Shown here in pieces: positions 42,335 to 56,647 of a DNA stretch of 64,000 nt (its first letter is position 1; every line of letters starts with the position of its first letter). Origin of the DNA: Octopus vulgaris (lineage: Eukaryota); the NCBI GenBank assembly GCA_951406725.2, contig OX597818.1, positions 132,742,001 to 132,806,000 on the forward strand, written 5' to 3'. The position numbers were made by a program, and so were the translations under genes. Below the pieces are notes generated by a model. It saw only the letters and a program-made list of their open reading frames with translations. It searched no databases and was not told the DNA's origin.

Positions 42335-42693
42335 AAATAACTGGAGATTACAGATCAAAAACGTACTCATGCATTTTTCTTCTCTTGGAGTCTTTACTAT
42401 ATTTTCTAACAATAAAGGAGAATTTATCGTTTTTGAAACAAGCCCTTCTTTGGTAACTGAGAAATACAATACCTTAGAAATATGGCAATGAGATGGTGGG
42501 GTTGATGGTGGTTGTGATGGTGATGGTGTCAGTGGTGGTCATGGTGTTGGTGTTGGTGGTGGTGGTGACATTGATGGTAGTATTGGCATCGGGAGGCAAA
42601 AACATAGGAGGATAAGAAGGAAGTTATGATTTAAAGATAAACCATGTAAATCAAAGTGGAAGTTTAAAAAATTACATCAAAAAGAAATGTTAG

Positions 42694-42732
<39 letters not shown>

Positions 42733-43277
42733 AAAGGGAAAAAGAAACTTGATATAAAAAATCTGCAAACATAGAGATGATATTCTGATAGTCTTTAAAA
42801 TCTATGAGAGAGAAAGAAAGACGTGAGACAGAGAAAAGAAAAAATACAAAACCCCCAAAAGATGGAGAGGAGGGGAATAAACAGCAAAGTTTAGTGGACA
42901 TAGCAAGGAAGAATAAACGAATGAAGGAATAAATAAATAAATATATAAATAAATAGTACTAATTAGCATAAATTTAAGAATAAAACACCAAAAACATACA
43001 AACAACCAATAAATAAATAAATAAATAAGATGGAAAAATATTCCAAAGACAGATCTATTGAAAGAGAAACTGTGCTTCCATGTTCTGTTAGTTCCTAGGG
43101 ATAATTAGCAGTCAAAGTGACAGTCACGTGAGTCTGCATGTCAATTTAAAGGGTTTCTTTTATTTCAATAGCCATGTTTATATGTCAGACAAAATAAGAG
43201 AACAATAAAGACTTCTCTGCTAGAATTAATTATTTAAAAACTACCACCTACCTCTTTAAATTATTATTTTTTTCTGC

Positions 43278-43435
<158 letters not shown>

Positions 43436-44123
43436 TATGTATGTATGTATGTATGTATGTATGTATGTATGTATGTATGCATGCATGCATATTCATGTAG
43501 TATATTATGTATGTATATATGTATATATCTATGTGTGTGTGTGTATATATATATAAATATATATATATATACACACACATAAACACACACACACACATAT
43601 ATATATACACATATATATGTATATATATGAATGTATGTATGTGCATATTTATATATACATGCATGTATTTCTTCGTATTGCTGCATTTCAATGGATCTCC
43701 AGTTTCCTTAATTCTATCCAATTTATTTTTTTTTTGTATTTATTTCCTTTCTTCCTATTTTTGTATCTCTGACCCCACCCCCAGCCCCACCACCATAATT
43801 TCTTTGTTTGTTTAGGACATATTTCAAAACTTGCTTTAAGTTTTTTTTTGTTTATACACACACACACATACACACACAAATACACATACAGTGTCATGTC
43901 ATAATTCTTTCTGTTTATCTATCAATTTATTCATCTGTCAACTTATCCATCCATCTATTTATCTAGCTCTTTATCTCATATCCCTATTATATATATATAT
44001 TTCTTATTACTAATATCATGAACCCACCTATCACCATGATAGTCATCATGGTTGTTGTTGTCGTTGTTATCAGTATCATCATCATTGTTGTCATCATCAG
44101 CATCATCAGCTTCATTTTTATAT

Positions 44124-44773
44124 TCATCCCAAATACACCAGTCTCCGCATCCCTGCCACTTTTGGAATCTGGCCTGGAAGTTGTTTTTCATAAGTGAGTT
44201 GAGGACCTTCAGCTAGGGTGCTAAAATGGCGACCTTTGATTTGAGTTTTCATCTTGGAGAAGAAATGGAAGTTCACAGGTGCTAAATCTGGTGGGGAAGT
44301 GATATCGTGTTTTGGCAAGAAACTCATAAGGGAGGAGAGCTCGGTGATAGAGTGCTTTGTCCTCATCAAGAATCCAATTCTTCACATTCACCTTAAGTGC
44401 TTCAAAACGTCACAGTAGAACTCTCGATTGATAGTCTGGCCCCTAGAGGACAAATTCTCAGTGCACGATACTGCGAATTATGAAAAAACGATGAGCATGC
44501 ATTTGATTGAGCTGCAGCTCAGTCATACATCTGTGCCACTCAAAACATTGCATACAACCCATTACCTTGTCTCTATAGCAGACTCACCATGTTTAACATA
44601 AAATTCCACGTTGGATCTTTGTTCCAGCTTTATGTCCATGACAAAAATCACAGACTACAGCATACATGTGATCATGAAGGTCACTGCTAGCTCTCACTGT
44701 GCACATAACCATGCACTGCCATCTGTTGGCACACTACAGAACTAGTCCAAGAACTTTTTGATAACACCTCATA
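44124..44773 (-). pseudogene. Mariner transposon remnant
   Basis: SPPDLAPVNFHFFSKMKTQIKGRHF (YSPDLAP motif); TIR-like TATGAGGTGTTATCAAAAAGTTC at 44773-44751. Confidence 0.85.
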
Positions 44774-44800
44774 CATATGTATGTATATATATATGGATAT

Positions 44801-45110
44801 GTGGAGGCGCAATGGCCCAGTGGTTAGGGCAGCGGACTCGTGGTCGTAGGATCACGGTTTCGATTCCCAGACCAGGCGTTGTGGGTGTTTATTGAGTGAA
44901 AACACCTAAAGCTCCACGAGGCTCCAGCAGGGGGTGGTGGAAATCCCTGCTGTACTCTTTTGCTGCAACTTTCTCTCACTCCTTCTTCTGTTGGCCTGCT
45001 CACTTAGCCAGCGAGGTGGCATCATTTGAAGGCTAAAACAATGCGAAGCACATTGTGACCAGCGATGTGTAACAACATCTGATAGCCTGGTTGGTCACGT
45101 GATCACCTGA
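44801..45110 (+). mobile_element. SINE family C head with a different 3' tail
   Basis: Family C head and body to ~44985, then unrelated tail. Confidence 0.85.
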
Positions 45111-45145
45111 TATATGCATATACATATGTACACACACACATGTGT

Positions 45146-45186
<41 letters not shown>

Positions 45187-45187
<1 letters not shown>

Positions 45188-46015
45188 TAGCAGTATTGCC
45201 CGACTCATGCATTCTCTGCATGCGAGAATTAAGCTAAACTTGGATGAAGTTCAATCAAAATTCAATTATTTTGGTTTTAAAATCAAGCATTTAATGCCCT
45301 CTATTTTTGTGCTTATGTGTTCCATTTCCTCAATAGGAAGTACGTAGAAGCATTTCATAAATTTTTGTGTAATCAAATAATTGCATTGTTGAAATATTCT
45401 TTTAGATCAGTATTTCTCAACGGGGATTTAAGGGGAAAGTTTCAGGGAGTTGCTGGCGATGTATCGTGATGATCAAAAATCCGGCCTGCTAAAATTTGGT
45501 TAAAGTGATTCAAACTGCACACTCAACACAAAATGGTCACATTTAATTCAAGGCATTAAAAATGTTATGAAAACAATTGGTATGTGTTCACAAAGTCCAA
45601 ATGATTAATATGAAAAAACCCTCCAGGCTACATCCCGAAAATTCATTTCTTTGCCAAATTTCTACAATGTTTACGGCGAATTTGTTTTTATATCTTGATT
45701 TTTTATTTTTCATGCAATTTACGCATGCTTGCATGCATGGTGAACACAGTTCACATCAAACAGCTGACTGAGTAAAGTTCAACTATTCAATGCATGGGAT
45801 AAGGCCTAGACAAACACATTATCGATTTTTGCGCTTGCGAGATGAATTTCGGAACAGAAATAGTGCAGTTCAATTTTCATTCACCTAAACTTTAAGTGAC
45901 CCATTTTTGGTGGTTCTACAATTTGTTGGATAGGAGGAGATGTGCTGGGAAGTTAAACACACAGACACACACACAGATACACACACAGACACACAAGTTG
46001 AGTTTTATATATATA
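45187..46015 (-). mobile_element. Probable non-autonomous Helitron
   Basis: Minus ends GGGCAATACTGCTAG|T like 2152; minus 5' end TATATAAAAC plus (TG) tract. Confidence 0.6.
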
Positions 46016-46199
46016 TATAACAGGCTTCTTTCAGTTTCCATCTACCAAATCCCCTCACAAGTCTTTGTTTGGTCAGCCTTAGGCCATAGTAGAGATGACT
46101 TGTCCAGAATGCAAGAACTGAACCTGGAACCATGTGGTTGGAAAGCGAGCTTCTTACTACAGATTTACATTTGCACATTATATATATATATATACGTAC

Positions 46200-46252
<53 letters not shown>

Positions 46253-46460
46253 ATTATAAGAAAAATATAAAGGGAAACCTTTACTGCAGCAAAACTAATC
46301 AGCACTCTATAGGAGCAAATAATAACAAAGTAAAGTGGAGGACAAACTTTCATAGGTCAAATTCCTTTATCAATTCCTTCATCAAAATTCCTTTATCAAA
46401 ACTGATATCATATATGAATTTTGATAAAGGAACTTGGACTTATGAAAATTTGTATATATG

Positions 46461-46638
<178 letters not shown>

Positions 46639-47239
46639 TGTGTGTGTGTGTGTGTGTGATTGTGTGTGTATATGTGTACATAATGTGCAATGTTAACCAC
46701 CAAGACCCTATCATTTTAAAGGAAAAACATATCTAATATTGTGGTCCTACTTACACTATATTACTGTCCAAATAAAATCTGGGAGGATCACTGTATTTTG
46801 TGACCCAGCAAAAATTTCCAATCAGGAATTGTACTGCAAAACTGGTTACAGTAGTGTGAACTTCAAAACAAAATTCTGGCAGCACAGCTGGTTTGAAATT
46901 GTTACACAAAATGGTTGAGGCAAGATAACAGAGACAGCATTAAAATGGGTATCGCCCAGAAAGCAAAAGCTAGGAAAGTCAAAGAAAAAAAATGTAGAAC
47001 AGATGAAGGAGAGCTTAGTAAATGGATCTTACAAGTAGCAAGACCCAGAGAACTGCTGATGACATTGCATCATCAAAGCCTTATCATAATCCTACGAAGG
47101 TCAGTTTTGTGTTGTTTTTCGTGGATGATAAATTTAATTACCAACCAAAGATTGGGAGAATTGTTAAAGAATCAAACAAGATGTCTTGTAGTATTTGTTC
47201 CAGCTGTCTGTGTTCTGAAATTGGTAGCAGACATAATCT

Positions 47240-47471
47240 TATTTCTTTATTGCCCACAAGGGGCTAGACATAGAGGGGACAAACAAGGACAGACAAAAGG
47301 ATTAAGTCGATTACATTGACCCCAGTGCGTAACTGGTATTTAATTTATCGACCCCGAGAGGATGAAAGGTATAGTCGACCTCAGCAGAATTTGAACTCAG
47401 AACATAATGGCAGATGAAACACAGCTAAGCATTTCATCCGGAGTGCTAATGTTTCTGCCAGCTCGTCGCCT
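47240..47471 (-). mobile_element. SINE family A
   Basis: Family A sequence. Confidence 0.88.
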
Positions 47472-47633
47472 TCTGTTAATCAATTTAACACTACTATACA
47501 GTCCGTGGTGGGTGAGGAGGATCTTGGGTGCTTTCTGGTACAAGTATTCAGGCCTTCTCTCAAGTTTGAAAAAATTTTACTGCCTGCTTCTTACAAACCC
47601 CGATAAAAGAAAAACGAAGAACAAAACAGACAT

Positions 47634-48046
47634 AGGCGCAGGAGTGGCTGTGTGGTAAGTAGCTTGTTTACCAGCCACATGGTTCCGGGTTCAGTCCCAC
47701 TGCGTGGCACCTTGGGCAAGTGTCTTCTACTATAGCCTCAGGCCGACCAAAGCCTTGTGAGTGGATTTGGTAGACGGAAACTGAAAGAAGCCCGTCGTAT
47801 ATATCTATATATATGCGTGTGTGTGTTTGTGTGTCTGTGTTTGGCCCCCCTAGCATTGCTTGACAACCGATGCTGGTGTGTTTATGTCCCCCGTTACTTA
47901 GCGGTTAGGCAAAAGAGAACCGATAGAATAAGTACTGGGCTTGCAAAAGAATAAGTTCCAGAGCCGAGTTGCTCGATTAAAGGCGGTGCTCCAGCATGGC
48001 CGCAGTCAAATGACTGAAGCAAGTAAAAGAGTAAAAGAGTAAAGAG
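47634..48046 (+). mobile_element. SINE family B, full length
   Basis: GGCGCAGGAGTGGCTGTGTGGTAAG head to (GTAAAAGA)n tail. Confidence 0.92.
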
Positions 48047-48371
48047 TATACACAAAAATAAAATCTAAGTAAGATTATGACAAAGCAATAAAAAAATAAT
48101 CAATTTTGCAGAATATATAAATATGAGTAAACAATGACAGATAAAATGACAGATAAAATGATTTTATTCTCTTATAATCACAGAATGGGAAAATATACTC
48201 TTGATTTGTTGATACAGTAATTTAGATATGACAAGCTTGGTTGACAGCAATAAAATTATTCTTACACATAAACAGGTTTCAATTTTTATTTCAACAATGT
48301 TATGAGAAAAAGAGGTGAAATGTTATTGGCTACAAATATGAACACAGTATTCTACAAATTCCATTAATGAA

Positions 48372-48426
<55 letters not shown>

Positions 48427-48508
48427 TGTGTGTTTGTGTATGTGTCTGTTTGTATGTGTGTGTGTGTGTGTGTTTGTGTGTTTGTGTGTGTGTGTGTATG
48501 TGTCTGTT

Positions 48509-48554
<46 letters not shown>

Positions 48555-48601
48555 TGTATGTGTGTGTTTGTTTGTGTGTGTGTGTTTGTGTGTGTGTGTT
48601 T

Positions 48602-48640
<39 letters not shown>

Positions 48641-48994
48641 TGTGTGTGTATACATGATTAGATTAGTTCAGCTTGTCTACCAAATTACCAAATTCTTTCA
48701 GAATGCATTGGTTAACCCAGGCTACAGTTCCCTTTCTTCCAGTACAGTAGAGCTTGGAGCCACTTCAAGTACCACATTACCATCTTTGCGATGATGAGGA
48801 TGAGGGGATGAATGATGGACAAAGAAAGCAAACTTTTTGAACAAAAGAAAATTAGAAGGAAAATACAGAATAAGCTGGAGTTGAAGGAAAACCAAGCCAT
48901 ACAAAGAGGAAGCCATCTTCTGGGGACAGCATGAAATTAACAGTTCTCCAAATAATCAACAATGAACAGGTGGAAACAACAAATGAATTAAAGA

Positions 48995-49340
48995 AGTGCC
49001 GGTGGCACGTAAGCGAACCATCCAAACGTTGCCGTGGCCAGTGCCGGTGGCATGTAAAAAGCACCATCCAATCATGGCCGTTGCCAGCCTTGCCTGGCCC
49101 CTGTGCCGGTGGCACGTAAAAAGCACCATCTGACCGTGGTCGTTTGCCAGCCCCGTCTGGCACATAAAAAGGACCCACTACACTCACGGAGTGGTTGGCG
49201 TTAGGAAGGGCATCCAGCCGTAGAAACACTGCCAGATCAGACTGGGCCTGGTGCAGCCTTCTGGCTTCCCAGACCACAGTTGAACCGTCCAACCCATGCT
49301 AGCATGGAAAGTGGACGCTAAATGATGATAATGATGATGA
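48995..49340 (+). mobile_element. SINE family E
   Basis: Internal GTGCCGGTGGCACGTAAAAAGCACC repeats, GGAAGGGCATCCAGCCGTAGAAAC domain, (GAT)n tail. Confidence 0.85.
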
Positions 49341-49513
49341 GAACTATGTGCTAATGAAGGAAAGTTAAGGTGAAATCAAGAGAGTGGATGCAAGGGAGGC
49401 TAGCCTAATGATATTGATAGTTGCTAACTACCAAGAACCAACCTTTCATAAGCTGTAACAGTTACTGAAATGATGGTTCAAATGGATTTGGTAGATAACT
49501 TAATAGAGCTTAA

Positions 49514-49733
49514 CCCTTTAGCATTGAGATTACTCTGCCAAATGTAATGCTTATTTATTCACACTGTTTTGAATTAATCCAGTATTATCTTGTAGCTTTG
49601 AAATTTCAATGATGTGATTACATATTTTTAGAATGGCATTGTAGGATAGGCGTGAAAGACCAGAACTGGCCAGTTTGAACATAAATCAAATAGAATATTT
49701 GGGCCAGTTATGGTTGGTTTAAATGCAAAAGTG
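49514..49733. mobile_element. piggyBac-like MITE
   Basis: TTAA|CCCTTTAGCATT ... AATGCAAAAGTG|TTAA. Confidence 0.7.
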
Positions 49734-49744
49734 TTAAACAAGAT

Positions 49745-50540
49745 CTCCTAAGATCTGAACTTCATGGTATTTTCAGCACTTGAAAGTTGTCAAATGTTCC
49801 TGTCAAGGCAGAAGTTAATTGTGACATTTTACCTCTTTTTCCATCTTCGTAACAGTGTAATCACAGAGAGAAGGAATACATTATATAGTATGTGTGTCAG
49901 GGCAGAACCTTGCCTGACTCCTTTTGCTGATATATATATCAGTATAATATATATAGTATGATATATATATATATATATAGTATGATATATATCATCATCA
50001 TCATCATCGTTTAACGTCCGTTTTCCATGCTAGCACGGGTTGGACAGTTCAACCGGGGTCTGGGAAGCCAGGAGGCTGCACCAGGCTCCAGTCTGATCTG
50101 GCAGTGTTTCTACAGCTGGATGCTCTTCCTAACACCAACCACTCCGTGAGTGTAGTGGGTGCTGTTTACGTGCCACCGGCACAGGTGCCAGGGGAGGCTG
50201 GCAGCAGCCATGATTGGTTGGTGCTTTTTACGTGCCACCGGCACAGAAGCCAGTCAAGGCGGCGCTGGCGTCGGCCACGATCGGAAGGTGCTTTTTACTT
50301 GCCACTGGCACAGGTATCACAACTACTATATATATATATATAGTATGTACTTCAGGGCAGAACCTTGCCTGACTCCTTTTGCTGGTAGGTCACAGACTTT
50401 TTGTCTCACAACAGCTATATGGGACATCACTTCTGTGTGGAATTGGTAGAGTAGTTTCACAAACTTGGGCCAGCAATCAAACTTCCTGAGAACATCCCAT
50501 AGAAGTTCCTTGTTTGTTTCAACTGAAAACCCTTGACAGA
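49745..50540 (-). pseudogene. RTE-clade LINE reverse transcriptase remnant
   Basis: NKELLWDVLRKFDCWPKFVKLLYQFH..KGVRQGSALTHILYNVFL..INFCLDRN. Confidence 0.85.
49992..50325 (-). mobile_element. SINE family E nested in the RTE remnant
   Basis: Reverse-complement homolog of 48995-49340. Confidence 0.85.
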
Positions 50541-50658
50541 CCACTCACTCTCTCACTCTTTCTCTCTTTCTTTCTGCCTCTTGCCCTCTGTCTGTCTGTC
50601 CTTATACGCACATGCGTATAAAGAGAATGATATACATATCAGAATGAGAAAGAGGGGG

Positions 50659-51029
50659 AAGAAGCACCCCGTCGGTTACGACGACAAGGGTTCCGGTTGA
50701 TCCGATCAACGGAACAGCCTGCTCGTGAAATTAACGTGCAAGTGGCTGAGCACTCCACAGACACGTGTACCCTTAACGTAGTTCTCGGGGATATTCAGTG
50801 TGACAAGGCCGGCCCTTTGAAATAAAGGTACAACAGAAACAGGAAGTAAGAGTGAGAGAAAGTTGTGGTGAAAGAGTACAGCAGGGATCACCACCATCCC
50901 CTGCCGGAGCCTCGTGGAGCTTTAGGTGTTTTCGCTCAATAAACACTCACAACACCCGGTCTCGGAATTGAAACCGCCTTCCTTGACCGCGAGTCCGCTG
51001 CCCTAACCACTGGGCCATTGCGCCTCCAC
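50659..51029 (-). mobile_element. SINE family C
   Basis: Full copy; ATGAGAAAGAG duplication. Confidence 0.92.
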
Positions 51030-51210
51030 TATGAGAAAGAGAGTACAAGAATGCACATGCAAATACATCTATGCTTTTTATTTTTAATATTTAATGTTTA
51101 TTTATTTTTGTATCTCTATGAAAATACAATAACACAAACACACATACATATGTATGCATATACACATACACACACGCATACACGCACACACACACACACA
51201 CACACACGCA

Positions 51211-51460
51211 CTCAACTGCCATGTATCAGACTCCCACATACTCATACATCCATCGCTCAGAACACACAATACACAATACACACACACACAAACACAAACA
51301 CATACACACACTCAACTGCCATGTATCAGACTCCCACATACTCATACATCCATCACACACACCACACAATACACACACACACACACGCACACACACACAC
51401 ACACACGCGTGCGCGCATTCAACTGCCATGTATCAGACTCCCACATACTCATACATCCAT

Positions 51461-51520
<60 letters not shown>

Positions 51521-51593
51521 TACACACACTCAACTGCCATGTATCAGACTCCCACATACTCATACATCCATCACACACACCACACAATACACA

Positions 51594-51626
<33 letters not shown>

Positions 51627-51631
51627 ACACA

Positions 51632-51671
<40 letters not shown>

Positions 51672-51745
51672 GTGCGCGCATTCAACTGCCATGTATCAGA
51701 CTCCCACATACTCATACATCCATCACACACACCATACAATACACA

Positions 51746-51795
<50 letters not shown>

Positions 51796-51863
51796 ACACT
51801 CAACTGCCATGTATCAGACTCCCAAATACTCATACATCCATCACACAGACCACACAATACACA

Positions 51864-51915
<52 letters not shown>
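51211..51915. repeat. Minisatellite: constant ~45-bp unit x6 with variable (CA)n spacers
   Basis: TCAACTGCCATGTATCAGACTCCCACATACTCATACATCCATC at 51211, 51311, 51418, 51529, 51681, 51799. Confidence 0.95.
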
Positions 51916-51917
<2 letters not shown>

Positions 51918-54074
51918 CACACAGAGAAGCAAACAAACAAATTAATAAACAAACAATAATAATTTCAAATCAGCATTTAATTCATTTATAGAATATGTTC
52001 ATCTAAACCCTCATTTTATTAATTGTTAAATGTATTGTTTTGATTGTCACAAATCACTAAATCATATCGTAAGTTACTCCATCCCAAGAATGAGAAGTCA
52101 ATTGCCATTTATTGTTCCATGGTTAGTTCATTGAAAATTTGTAGTTTCATAATTCTAGCTCCGGGGCAAAATTTGAAAATTTGAAAAGTTAATTTGTTAT
52201 TTCTTTTCCTTTTTCTTTTAATAATTTTACATTCTTTTGTCTGCCTTTTTTTTTTTAGTCAACCTTCCCTTGTGCCTGTGAATTAGATTCTTCTTTAACT
52301 TGTTTTTTGATTTAAAAAAAAAAAAAAAAATTCTCTCCTTTGCATCTTCTCTTTATTTCTTCCTACCTTTATCTTTTTCTCTCTGTCTCTCTCTCTCTCC
52401 CTCTCTGTCCATATCTGTGTCTCTCTCTCTCAGTCTCTGTGTTTCTTTTTCTCTGGCTCTTCTTTTTTTTTCCCACCTCTTTATTCCCCTCCTTGTTCTC
52501 TTTCTGCACATGTCTTTCATTCCGTCCGTTAATCTTGCACCATCATTTATCTGCTTCTTCACTCTCTTTCTATTCCTCCTCCTCCTCCTCCTCCTCTTCC
52601 TCTTCCTCTTCTTCTTCTTCTTCTTCTTCTTCTCTCTCTCCCTTCCTTACTACATCTCTCATTTTCTTTTTTTCTCTCCCTCTCTATTCGTCTCATTTCC
52701 CCCTCTCACTCCTCTCTTTCTCATCTTCCTCTCTCTTTCACCTCCTCTCTCTCTCTCCCTCATCCCCTCTCTTTCTCACCCCCTCTCTCAGCCCTCCCCC
52801 CTCGCACCCCTCTCCGTCTCTCTCAATTTACTTTCTTGAAAACAATTTCTTTCTGAATACCAATTCACTGACATGGATATGAAAAATAAATGACTAAAGA
52901 TTGCCCTGGGGCATTTATATAAACTTAACTTCTTTGGAAATTTACTGATATTTTTGTTTTTCAATTTACCATTCCTTTTGTTGTTGTTGTTGTCATTAAT
53001 GTAGAAATTTTCTGCTCGTTTTTTTTTGTTTTCTTAGAATCAGTTTTATAATTATTACATTTTTTTTGTTATAATTTTTATGAGAAATTATAATTAGGCA
53101 GCAAGAGATTAGGATAGAGAAGGAGATAGAGAGAAATAGTATGATGTAGAGAGGGAAAGACAGAGAGAGAGAGAGAGAGGGGGAGAGATAGAAAGAGGGA
53201 GAGAGAGAGAGAGAGGAAAAGGCAGAGAATGAGTAGTAGGAAGAAAAAAGAAGAAACATGTTAACAATTACTGTTGAGGGTAGATTAAAAATTATGAAAA
53301 AAATAATGGTCAAAATAGGAAAAAAGAAAGAAAGGAAAAAGGAAAGAAAGAAAGAAGGAAAGAAAAAAGAAACTATAAAGTTTGATAATGATGCTACCAA
53401 GAGTTATGAAATGAGATTGGTTAGTTTGTTAAAAATGACAATAATATTGCAATTTAAATCTTGATGTGAAACAGAGTAAAGAACATCCGTCTATATTGTG
53501 GAAAATTAGTAAATAGACAAACAAGTAAATAAATACAATGAATACATTTCATTTTTTTTTTTTTTCACAACAAAAATTTTGAAAAAAAAATATTAAATAA
53601 TTTATCAAGAAAAAAAAAAGGAAAAAAAAAAAAGGAAATTTTTATATTCGTTATTTGATATCATTTTTCTCCCTTATCATAACTAGTTGATTATAAGTTT
53701 TGCATGATTAGTTATTTGAGAGTTGTTAGTATTTAGTGCTATGACAGCAAACATTTAAACACCCACTAATGATGACGATAAAGACTTCGGAGCCTAGCTT
53801 ATACTCCAAATAATTTCAAATTACCTCCAAAAAAAAATAAATAAATAAAAAGAATGAAGGGAAAAATGAAATAATTCGCCTTAAAAAATACCAGTTGAAC
53901 CTCACTAATATGGCATTTGCTCATCAGGCAGCTTCGTTAATTTAGGATGAGGATTAAAATCTGTTCTTCGTTATTAGATTGTATGATTACTGTTTGGTCC
54001 AATTTGGTGCTACTGGTGCCCCATGACATGCTCAGTATAGTTGATTATGCTACAGATATTTTTTTTTTTTATCA

Positions 54075-54505
54075 TTTACTAGTTGTTTCAGTTGTTGTAC
54101 TGTGGCCATGCAGGAGCACTGCCCTGAAATAGTCAAATAGATTGGCCTCAATACATATTTTTAGTTTGGTATTTATTGGTGTTTATTCTATTGGTCCCTT
54201 TTGCTGAACTGCTAAATTATGGGGACATACACACACATGCACACACAAAAATACATACACTCACAAGCAAACACACACACACATACACACACAAAAATAC
54301 ACACACTCACAAGTAAACACCCACACACATACACACATGCACACACAACAGATTTCTACACAACTTCCATCAACTAAATTCGTTCACAAGGCATCAGTTG
54401 GCCCCGAGGGGCTGTAGTAGAAAACACTTGCCTAAGGTACCATGCAGTGGAACTGAACTTGAAATCACATGGTCACAAAGCAAGCTTCTTAACCATAAAC
54501 TCATG
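54075..54505 (-). mobile_element. SINE family B, diverged
   Basis: Family B layout, CpG-depleted. Confidence 0.75.
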
Positions 54506-54589
54506 TCTGTCCTTTAATTATAACTTACATTCATTGCTTGTTCTGAGAGACAAACAATGAATGCAAATATTGACAGGTTACACAAGGTC

Positions 54590-55237
54590 ATCATCATCAA
54601 GATCCTTCAACTGATGTAGCCAGTCTTTGGGATGACACTAGACATTTTCATTGTCAGCCGTCACCACTGGTCTCTGTTCTTTGTCAGGCATAGCAGGTTT
54701 TCTGTACTGTAACCTGTTGAGTCCTTGATGTTGTCAAACCAGGATTTCTTTGTTTACCTATCTTTTGCCTTCCCTCACCTGTGCCCTGAAGAATTGTTTG
54801 GGGTAGGGAGTAGTGGAAGAATACATGACCATACCTATTTCTTTATTACCCACAAGGGGCTAAACACAGAGGGGACAAACAAGGACAGACATAAGTATTA
54901 AGTCGATTACATCGACCCCAGTGCATAACTAGTACTTAATTTATCGACCCCAAAAGGATGAAAGGCAAAGACGACCTCGGCGGAATTTGAACTCAGAACG
55001 TAACGCAGACGAAATACCGCTAAGCATTTCGCCCGGCGTGCTAACGTTTCTGCCAGCTCGCCGCCTTTCATACCAGGCAAGCTTTCGTCTTTTTACCTGC
55101 ACAAGGAGTGCTTCCTGTCTGCCTGTATATTTGTTGACATGCTGCCTGACCGAGCTTTTCATTTTGTGCTCTGTGTATGAGGTGTGTAATAGCTTTCTCA
55201 AGCACTTGTACTCAAATACCTGGATTCTTTGTCCCAT
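54590..55237 (-). pseudogene. RTE-clade LINE 3' end, interrupted by SINE A (54832-55066)
   Basis: RIQVFEYKCLRKLL..VKRRKLAWY|GHV..SLPQTILQGT; (GAT)n-like tail; CATACC duplication. Confidence 0.88.
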
Positions 55238-55561
55238 GTCAAATGTAAGAAACCACCACTCACAAAATCAATCAATACAGAAAACATGGAGCAAACAACA
55301 ATGGTTTAAGGCTATCAGATGACCAGGAAGTTAAGAAACAACAAGACAGGAAAGTAATAAAAATTTCTAGGCATGGCTGAGTGGTTAAGAAACTTGCTTT
55401 TCAGTCACATGGTTTTTAGGTTCAGTCCCACTGTGCAGCATCTTGGGCAGGTTTTTCTACAATTGTCTTGGGCTGACCAATGCTTTATTAGTGGATTTGA
55501 TAAACAGAAACTGTGTGGTAGGCTACATATCATCATCATCATTATTTAATATCCACTTTCA

Positions 55562-55645
<84 letters not shown>

Positions 55646-55852
55646 TTCATACACACACACACACATATATACACATATATACACATATAGATATAAACTT
55701 ATATACATATATATGTATGTATGTAAGTACGTATGTGCTTGTGCTTGTCCCCCTGCCATCACTTGACAACAGGTGTTAGTTTGTTTAAATGTCTCCCAAT
55801 AGATCTGGGCCAATCAAAGATTCATGAGTAGAGAGAAACTGAAAAAAGCCTA

Positions 55853-55893
<41 letters not shown>

Positions 55894-56548
55894 GTGTGTG
55901 TTTGTATCCCCATCACTACTTGACAACTGGTGTTGTTTTGTTTATGTCCCTATGACTAATAAATTCAGCTTAGGACACTGATAGGCTTAAGAAAAAATAA
56001 GTACTGAGGTCAATTCATTTGACTAAAACCCTTCGAGGCAGTGCCCTCAATATGGCTGCAGTTTTACAACTGAAATTGCATCATGTTCTAGTGTCTGCTT
56101 TTGCATGGTTTCTATAGGTGGGTGCTCTTTCTAATGCCTACCACTTCATAACATGTACTGTGTGCATTTTTATGGTACCAGTTCTATTGAGACTGTCAGG
56201 GAGTTTGCATGACTAAGAAACCCAAAGGGAGCAACCCTATGCTAGGAATAAAAAAAGAGAAGCCAAAACAGAACCTGTTTCTTCTTCTTTTTTTTTTGCT
56301 GTCGAGGTTCTGTGTAACTATTCACATTTTAGAAGAGAGGGCTGGAATGATTGAATGAAACAAGAGAGCAATAAGTGATGACTGACAGTGCTGAGAATCA
56401 GAAGAATAAGGATGAAACAGTAGACAGAAGGATGAGAGCTGGATAATGTTGCACAGGTTGCACATGTAATAGAGAAGAGAGAGAGAGAGATAATATATAG
56501 AGAGATGTATATATGAAAATACAATAACACAAACACACATACATATGT

Positions 56549-56587
<39 letters not shown>

Positions 56588-56647
56588 CACTCAACTGCCA
56601 TGTATCAGACTCCCACATACTCATACATCCATCACACAGACCACACA

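Noticed and set aside
46800-47160. Possible pogo/Tigger HTH remnant, or a minus-strand exon ending near 46758
   Set aside because: Both readings are weak and conflict; needs a homology search
51211-51915. CRISPR-like repeat-spacer appearance
   Set aside because: Spacers are (CA)n microsatellite, the context is eukaryotic and no cas genes are present
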